Assembly: GCA_943788915.1 (NCBI GenBank)
Contig: CALSSD010000010.1
Location: forward strand, 682,001-746,000
DNA length: 64,000 nt
Reading direction: 5' to 3'
Source: an uncultured Acidimicrobiales bacterium
GTDB lineage: Bacteria > Actinomycetota > Acidimicrobiia > Acidimicrobiales > UBA10347
A program made the translations under genes and the position numbers. How positions within the stretch are numbered: the stretch's first letter is position 1; every line of letters begins with the position of its first letter. This document shows, one piece after another, positions 58,473 to 64,000 of this stretch. The notes under the pieces are model-generated. The model made no database searches, was not told where the DNA came from, and worked only from the letters and a program-made list of their open reading frames with translations.

Positions 58473-59072
58473 ATGATCACTCTCGTCATCTTCATTGTGG
58501 TGATCGCGGCCGTGCTCGGACTGGCGGCGATGTTCATCTACAACGAGCTGGTCAAGCATCGGGAGCATGTCCGGAGCGCGTACGCCCAGATCGACGTTCA
58601 GCTCGAACGTCGCCATGACCTCATTCCCAACCTCGCTGACATTGCCAAGGTCTATATGAGCCACGAGCGGGAGACGCTCGAAGGTGTGGTGAACGCTCGG
58701 GCAGCAGCGGCCCAGGCCCTTATCAAGGTCGGCGGCGACTCGGCCAATCTTGATGCGATGCAGCGGCTAGGTACATCCGAAGGGGCGCTGGGTGCGTCGC
58801 TCGGACGGCTGCTGGCTGTTGCCGAGGACTACCCCGATCTCAAGGCCAACCAGAAGATGGCTGACCTGAGCGCAGAGCTGGCCGTGACCGAAGATCGCAT
58901 CGCCTACTCCCGCCAGCACTACAACGATCGGGTGAACGACTACCGGACGTATAAAGCCAGCTTCCCGCCCGTGATCTTGGCCGGCGCTTTCAGATTCCGC
59001 GACAGCGCGTACCTAGATCTCACCGATCAGGCGCACCAACGTGGCGCGATACAGATAACGCTCGACGACTGA
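58473..59072 (+). CDS. lemA: LemA family protein (second copy)
   Basis: AQIDVQLERRHDLIPNL, AEDYPDLKANQ; AAGGAG RBS. Confidence 0.93.
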   Translation: MITLVIFIVVIAAVLGLAAMFIYNELVKHREHVRSAYAQIDVQLERRHDLIPNLADIAKVYMSHERETLEGVVNARAAAAQALIKVGGDSANLDAMQRLGTSEGALGASLGRLLAVAEDYPDLKANQKMADLSAELAVTEDRIAYSRQHYNDRVNDYRTYKASFPPVILAGAFRFRDSAYLDLTDQAHQRGAIQITLDD

Positions 59073-59392
59073 TTCGAATGCCAGCTTGTAGATCGGCCTG
59101 CCGGCGACGCACATGGACCGAAAGTCGGTGATGAATATCGCTGTAGGCCATAGATCTGGCGAGACTGGGCGCTGGCGCCGAAGGGAGTTCGGGGTGATCC
59201 GTGGGCGGTCGAGTTGACCAAGAGTCTGACGGCGTCGTAGCGGCTAATGCTCGAAACTTCCGGTGATACCGGCCGAGTCGTCATCATGATTACGACTCGA
59301 GCGCAACCACATAGTCGTCGAGTAGTCGGCGAAGTAGGTTTGGCCGATGACCACAACCGTTCACTTCCTCAACGCCAAGGGTTGCCGATGCA

Positions 59393-59749
59393 TTGGCGCA
59401 CTACGACATCAAGAACGCCACCGCCATCCAGGTCGGTGATCTGCACGTCTTCAGTGCCATGACTGCTATCGATCTCGACACGTTCGAGGTGCCCGACATT
59501 GACTTAGCTGGTCAGGCCCGACTCACACTTGAGAACTTTGGCCTGATTTTGAGCGATCTTGGTTTGTCGCTCGACCACGTGGTGAAGATCAATGCCCACC
59601 TCGTTGACTTGGAAGATTTTGCGGTGTGGAATCAGGTATTTCTCGACGTCTTTGAGCCTCCGCACCCTTGTCGAACAACGGTCGGTGCTCCGCTTGTGGT
59701 CGGCAAGATCGAAATCGAGATCATGGCAGCAGCCGTCCCTCGACGTTGA
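59393..59749 (+). CDS. RidA family protein (start uncertain)
   Basis: QARLTLEN...LDHVVKIN...P.PCRTTVG...KIEIE. Confidence 0.8.
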   Translation: MAHYDIKNATAIQVGDLHVFSAMTAIDLDTFEVPDIDLAGQARLTLENFGLILSDLGLSLDHVVKINAHLVDLEDFAVWNQVFLDVFEPPHPCRTTVGAPLVVGKIEIEIMAAAVPRR

Positions 59750-60052
59750 AAGCGGCGAAAATCTGTTGGCTGCTAGAGGTCTGCCCACCGAGCGCCAGAA
59801 TGTGCGTGTGTGAACCCTCCGTAGTCGAGTTACTCAATCAGGCCCGGGCGAGAGAAGGCTGAGCACCGCAGGTAGACTTTGTTCCTTCGAATCGCTTTTC
59901 GAGATGCGGTCGCCTATTTCGTCGCGGGTCGGGACGCAACCGCCGATTCGTTCGGGCGCACGCCTACGCACTGCTTGACTGCGGCCATCATCTCAGCCGT
60001 GCTAGCGATCGAGCGCCTCTCAGTATCGAAGTCGACGCGCTGAGATATCGGC

Positions 60053-60170
60053 TAGCAATGGCAAACTTTCGTGCTAGTGCATGCAGAAACCCCGACCTCT
60101 GAAATCGTGGAGAGATCAGGGTTTCTGAGTGGTGCACCCCCGGGACTTGAACCCGGAACCTGCGGATTAA
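60053..60170 (-). repeat. att-like duplicate of the tRNA-Lys 3' half plus downstream hairpin and flank
   Basis: About 118 bp similar to 61881-61999; tRNA part 60130-60170 runs from the anticodon loop (TTAA) to CCA. Confidence 0.9.
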
Positions 60171-60428
60171 CAATCCGCCATCAAAGTGGTGCAGGCTCCA
60201 AGTGCCTTCGCGTGGGAACTTGTAGAACTCTGCTTTAGTAAAGAAGCAGACCCCAGGTTGACGCCCAATACAATACCCAAAGCGGCGACAGGCTCATCGT
60301 TACGCACGAACGATCTGGAGGTTGGCTATCTGCTCGCAGACTTGGAAGCCCAGATCAGTCGATGACCACACTCAAAGTGCAAATGGCATCTGCTTCTGGC
60401 TGATCGAATAAAAAGGAAGGTTTTCAAA

Positions 60429-60650
60429 ATGACATTTCAAACTATCAATACGCGTGTTCGCGAGATTGTGGAGAGCCGTTGGACGACTCTGGCGACAGCG
60501 AGCATTCTTATAGTCACGTCCGTGGCCGATATCGTTGACGATGTTGACGACATAGGCTCTCAACATGGGGTCTTCGCTTTCGGACTGGTGCAGGTGGTTA
60601 AAACCCTGCCGGAATTTACGCATGCGGCCAAGCTACTTGAAGGTGACTGA
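60429..60650 (+). CDS. Hypothetical 73-aa membrane protein (island cargo)
   Basis: Purine-rich RBS (aaggaagg), two hydrophobic stretches. Confidence 0.5.
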   Translation: MTFQTINTRVREIVESRWTTLATASILIVTSVADIVDDVDDIGSQHGVFAFGLVQVVKTLPEFTHAAKLLEGD

Positions 60651-60655
60651 GCCTG

Positions 60656-61746
60656 TGAGCAGTCCCCATGATCCGGTCCAGGGGTTATGCGACTTTGAGT
60701 TGGTGGTTGGCGGTCCAGTTCTTTTAGTACTGGTCCGAGGTGGATTGGTTTAGTGCTGAGTGTGGCCGGTTGAGGTTGTAGTCGACGCACCAGTCTTCGA
60801 TGAGGACTTGGGCTTCGAGTAGTGAATCGAACTGCCAGAGGTTGAGGAGTTCGTCGCGTAGCCGGCCGTTGAAGGACTCGATCCAGGCGCTCTGCCAAGG
60901 CGATCCTGGGTCGATGACAACTGCGCCGACCCGTTTCTCATGGCACCAGTCAGCAACCCGCGTGGGCAACAAACTCGGGACCGTTATCGAACCTAATAAA
61001 GGCCGGTATTTGGCCTCGCTCGATTGCGATGCGGGCCAATGTGTCCACGATACGATCCGCACCGATCGAGTGATCAACCACGATGGCGAGGCACTCGCCG
61101 CTGAGCTCGTCGATGACGTTGAGCATCTTCACTTGGCGGCCATCAATGGTGTGATCGAACTGGAAATCCATGGCCCATAAACAGTCAGGAACGATGGGTG
61201 ACATAGCGCCGACGTTGGCCCCAATGCCGGCCAGCCGCTTCTTGCGACACTTGACAGGCACCTGCAAGCCTTCGTCACGCCACAGCCGATGTACCCGTTA
61301 CTTGTTGATCCCGTAGCCAGAATTGATGAGTCCGGTGTGAGCGCGTCGCCAACCCCAACGTAGGGGTCTGTGGGCGAAGGCTCGGAGTTATTCACGGATC
61401 ACGGTCTTGTCATCTGCGGCTGGTTGAGGCTGGTGACGTTGTACTGATCGGTGTTGGCCGACCACGCGACATACTCGTCGTTGCGACACCCCGAACACGC
61501 CCATCAAGTCATCAACAACGATGGGCAATCAGCGATGCCACGTCGACTCAGCGATCTCGAGCTGGTGACATGTATCGACCAGATCCATGCCGCCTGATTG
61601 AAGCCGTTGACCCTCCGCAAGCTTGCGAATGATCTGCTCCGGTGTGTGTCTGCGTCTAGCCATCACAATTCTCTTCGGGCCCGCCCAACAATGGACGAAC
61701 CAACAGAACCACACAACCCGCGGACCGAAATCAAGGGATCAGCTCA
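60656..61746 (-). mobile_element. Degenerate IS3-family (IS407-group-like) insertion sequence with 4-bp target duplication
   Basis: Terminal IRs TGAGCagtccccatgatccggtcc / TGAGCtgatcccttgatttcggtcc; CCTG on both flanks; orfA MARRRHTPEQIIRKL; orfB WAMDF, DNGPEF, PWQ..IESFNGRLRDE; stops, frameshifts and an apparent internal deletion. Confidence 0.88.
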
Positions 61747-61911
61747 CCTGATCTACCCAAACTGTTAGACGATTCGTCCTCTAGCCAGGCTCTGAGGAAG
61801 CAGCTGCACTCGATGATGCCTCCTCAGCAGGTGTTTCCGGCCCGAAGTAGCCCAGCTCGAACCGTTCGTTAGCAATCCAGTAGCAACGGCAGACTTTCAT
61901 GCCCCTGCATG

Positions 61912-61955
61912 CAGAAACCCTGACCTCTCAAATCGTTGAGAAATCAGGGTTTCTG
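61912..61955 (-). terminator. Hairpin immediately downstream of tRNA-Lys
   Basis: CAGAAACCCTGA...TCAGGGTTTCTG; copy at 60084-60127. Confidence 0.55.
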
Positions 61956-61957
61956 AG

Positions 61958-62033
61958 TGGTACACCCCCCGGGACTTGAACCCGGAACCTGCGGATTAAG
62001 AGTCCGACGCTCTGCCAATTGAGCTAGAGGTGC
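61958..62033 (-). tRNA. tRNA-Lys (CTT)
   Basis: GCACCTC-TA-GCTC..GAGC-G-TCGGA-CTCTTAA-TCCGC..CCGGG-TTCAAGT-CCCGG-GGGGTGT-A-CCA. Confidence 0.93.
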
Positions 62034-62134
62034 ATGTTCTTTGAAAGAAGATTGCTCTTACAAACAGCTCCCCAAGGCTATCGGGGAGAAGTCTGCCCGC
62101 ACCTCAACCGAGGTCGAGATTGCGGGAATAGAGA

Positions 62135-62213
62135 TGGGGTGACTGAGGGGATTTGAACCCCCGACATCCTGGACCACAACCAGGTGCTCTAACCGAACTG
62201 AGCTACAATCACC
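62135..62213 (-). tRNA. tRNA-His (GTG), including encoded G-1
   Basis: G-GTGATTG...CCTGG-TTGTGGT-CCAGG...TTCAAAT...CAGTCAC-C-CCA. Confidence 0.95.
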
Positions 62214-62302
62214 AAGGCCGGTAATCTTAGATGACATTGCCCAGGAATCCACGCATAATTTGCTCCGGTGTGACGTGTGGCGGCTCTACCATGGAGCATT
62301 CA

Positions 62303-62380
62303 GCCCCCGTAGCTCAGTCCGGATAGAGCAACGGCCTTCTAATCCGTAGGTCACAGGTTCGAATCCTGTCGGGGGCGCCA
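62303..62380 (+). tRNA. tRNA-Arg (TCT)
   Basis: GCCCCCG...ACGGC-CTTCTAA-TCCGT...ACAGG-TTCGAAT-CCTGT-CGGGGGC-G-CCA. Confidence 0.95.
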
Positions 62381-62452
62381 CAACAGAATACGACCGTTAG
62401 AAGGCTGTAACGACTCCCAACAAGTCCTGAAGCAGCTGCGGGTTTGTGCGGT

Positions 62453-63334
62453 TCAGAACTCTTGAATGCTCAAGATCTCGCAGCTGAAGGTTGACTCGTT
62501 CACCCAATCCGGAAATTCGGTGAGCGTGTCAGCAGCACCTGACCAAAGTTGGCCTGCCCCGACGCTGTCGGTGAACGTCACGTCGTCTGCAAACCGGACG
62601 CCGTCCGGGCCTCGCAATGCGTAGTCGATGGCAAGTTCGGCGGTGTCGTCGAGCGGTGATACCACGTCGATTTGGACTTGGATATCGCCGAACGAGTCGA
62701 CTTCGGCGAAGGTGCAACTGTCGCCAGGTTGTGGTTCAAAAGCGTTGAACCCAAACAACAAGGGCTCGATCTCGAGAATGCGGCATGTGATGCCGCTGGC
62801 ACCGTCGCTACCGGTTGGCGCATCGGTGACCGTGTCCACTGTGACGCGCACTGCTTCGCCCGACTGGAGTTCCTCGATGAAATGTGTCGAGGATGCGAGT
62901 ACGGCCCCACCTCGGGCGATGACCTCGTAGTCCACGGTTGCATCGCTCTGTTCCGGGAGAGGACTAATGAACGCGATTTCGATCTGCATATCGCCGAAGG
63001 AGTCGACACCTGCGTAGGAGCAGGCCCGACCATCGGCGACGTTTGAAGTGCCGGTTCCATCGCTGTCATCAGATGCGACCGGGGTAGGGGTGGGAGTCGT
63101 TGTGGTCGCGCTGTTCCCATCGCTGGCGGCTGCGTCGGTGGTGGCAACTGCCGTGGTTGATTCCACAGTCGGAGTGGGCTCTGTTGGACCCGCAGCGTTG
63201 CGTTGAGCAGTGGCGGTCGCATTCGCAATAGTGGCGTCATTGATAGTGACCGTTTCGGTTGCTGAGCAGGCTGATGCGGCCACGACAACACAGAGCAGTA
63301 GCGCAAGAGCACGAACGAAGCGGAGAAATCTCAT
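62453..63334 (-). CDS. Putative lipoprotein with Thr/Pro-rich stalk and two tandem Cys-bounded beta domains
   Basis: Signal peptide with lipobox AASA-C; repeats CSYAGVDSFGDMQIEI / CTFAEVDSFGDIQVQI. Confidence 0.7.
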   Translation of the reverse strand: MRFLRFVRALALLLCVVVAASACSATETVTINDATIANATATAQRNAAGPTEPTPTVESTTAVATTDAAASDGNSATTTTPTPTPVASDDSDGTGTSNVADGRACSYAGVDSFGDMQIEIAFISPLPEQSDATVDYEVIARGGAVLASSTHFIEELQSGEAVRVTVDTVTDAPTGSDGASGITCRILEIEPLLFGFNAFEPQPGDSCTFAEVDSFGDIQVQIDVVSPLDDTAELAIDYALRGPDGVRFADDVTFTDSVGAGQLWSGAADTLTEFPDWVNESTFSCEILSIQEF

Positions 63335-63395
63335 GAGTGAAGTGTCGCATACCTGCCGGGCCATCACTGTTGCCAGAGATTGGTAGCGTTGCCGG

Positions 63396-64000
63396 ATGAA
63401 GTATCGAGTTTTGCCTCCTGTGATGCTTGGGTTGGCTCTCGTGGCTATCGCATGCGGGGGCGGCAGCGGCGAGTCGACCGACACCACGTCACGGGTGCCG
63501 GCCAATGCTCAGAACGAGCCCGTTGTCGAGGCAGCGGACCCGACCCCTAAGGCTGAAACAACTGAAGCCCCGGCACCAACAGCTGAGCCTGAACCAGACC
63601 CAACTACGGAACCCGAGGCTGCGCCAACTATTGCACCAGCTGAGGTGCCCTCGTCGGAATCGACGAACACCTCGGGTTCGTTGAGCAGCGGGTGTGGTGC
63701 AGGCGCAGTACCCGGAACTACCACCGTCATGTTTAATTTCGAAGGACAAGAACGGGTGTACGAGCAAGTCGTGCCTGCCGGCTATGACGACTCGACACGT
63801 TTGCCCGTTGTCTTGAACTGGCACGGTTTGGGTTCCAGTGGTGTTGAACAGCTCGCTTTCTCCGACTACACCGCCCTGGCCGACGCCGAGGGATTCATTG
63901 TGATCGTTCCAACCGGACTGGAAGACGCCACCGGCCTCAACTCGTGGGAACTCACACCTGAGCAGTTTGCGGACCGCGACGATCTGGCTTTCGCTAACAC
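63396..64000 (+). CDS. Lipoprotein esterase / PHB-depolymerase (LpqC-like), 3'-partial (not in ORF track)
   Basis: MKYRVLPPVMLGLALVAIA-C, Pro/Glu/Thr linker, RVYEQVVPAGYD...PVVLNWHGLG...LADAEGFIVIVP. Confidence 0.8.
   Translation, partial: MKYRVLPPVMLGLALVAIACGGGSGESTDTTSRVPANAQNEPVVEAADPTPKAETTEAPAPTAEPEPDPTTEPEAAPTIAPAEVPSSESTNTSGSLSSGCGAGAVPGTTTVMFNFEGQERVYEQVVPAGYDDSTRLPVVLNWHGLGSSGVEQLAFSDYTALADAEGFIVIVPTGLEDATGLNSWELTPEQFADRDDLAFAN

Larger units (their letters stand above)
60171..61957. mobile_element. Relic genomic island at tRNA-Lys (about 1.8 kb, no integrase)
   Basis: Bounded by the intact tRNA-Lys and the duplicated 3' fragment; visibly more AT-rich; contains an IS and one small ORF. 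Confidence 0.7.

Overview
A high-GC actinobacterial chromosomal segment. Gene content and leaderless promoter style suggest Acidimicrobiia (inference). It is dominated by lipid/acyl-CoA and flavin/F420 redox metabolism: a beta-oxidation operon, FabH, acyl-CoA dehydrogenase, CoA-transferases, a single-chain acyl-CoA carboxylase, three LLM oxidoreductases and a BVMO. It also carries a divergent NAD-dependent DNA ligase, rnz, ribF-ribE-ribBA-ribH, two lemA loci and three tRNAs (Lys-CTT, His-GTG, Arg-TCT), with a small integrase-less island holding a decayed IS3-family element at tRNA-Lys. Signals the ORF track misses: (1) two genes split by in-frame UGA codons at Cys-type motif positions, each followed by a SECIS-like hairpin, i.e. 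an AhpD/CMD-like CxxU selenoprotein (34418-35509) and a fused UGSC-family selenoprotein with C-U-G-S-C (51527-53218); (2) two MerR/SoxR-type promoters (TTGACT-19 bp-TAnnnT with a CTTCAAG-N4-CTTGAAG dyad) in front of riboflavin synthase and ribBA, suggesting protein-activator control of riboflavin synthesis rather than an FMN riboswitch; (3) an RHH-domain gene preceded by a tandem 8-bp AT-rich operator-like array; (4) several families of REP/MITE-like palindromes, one with a compensatory base change; (5) small unannotated proteins. About eight single-base frameshifts in the first 29 kb are probably assembly errors.
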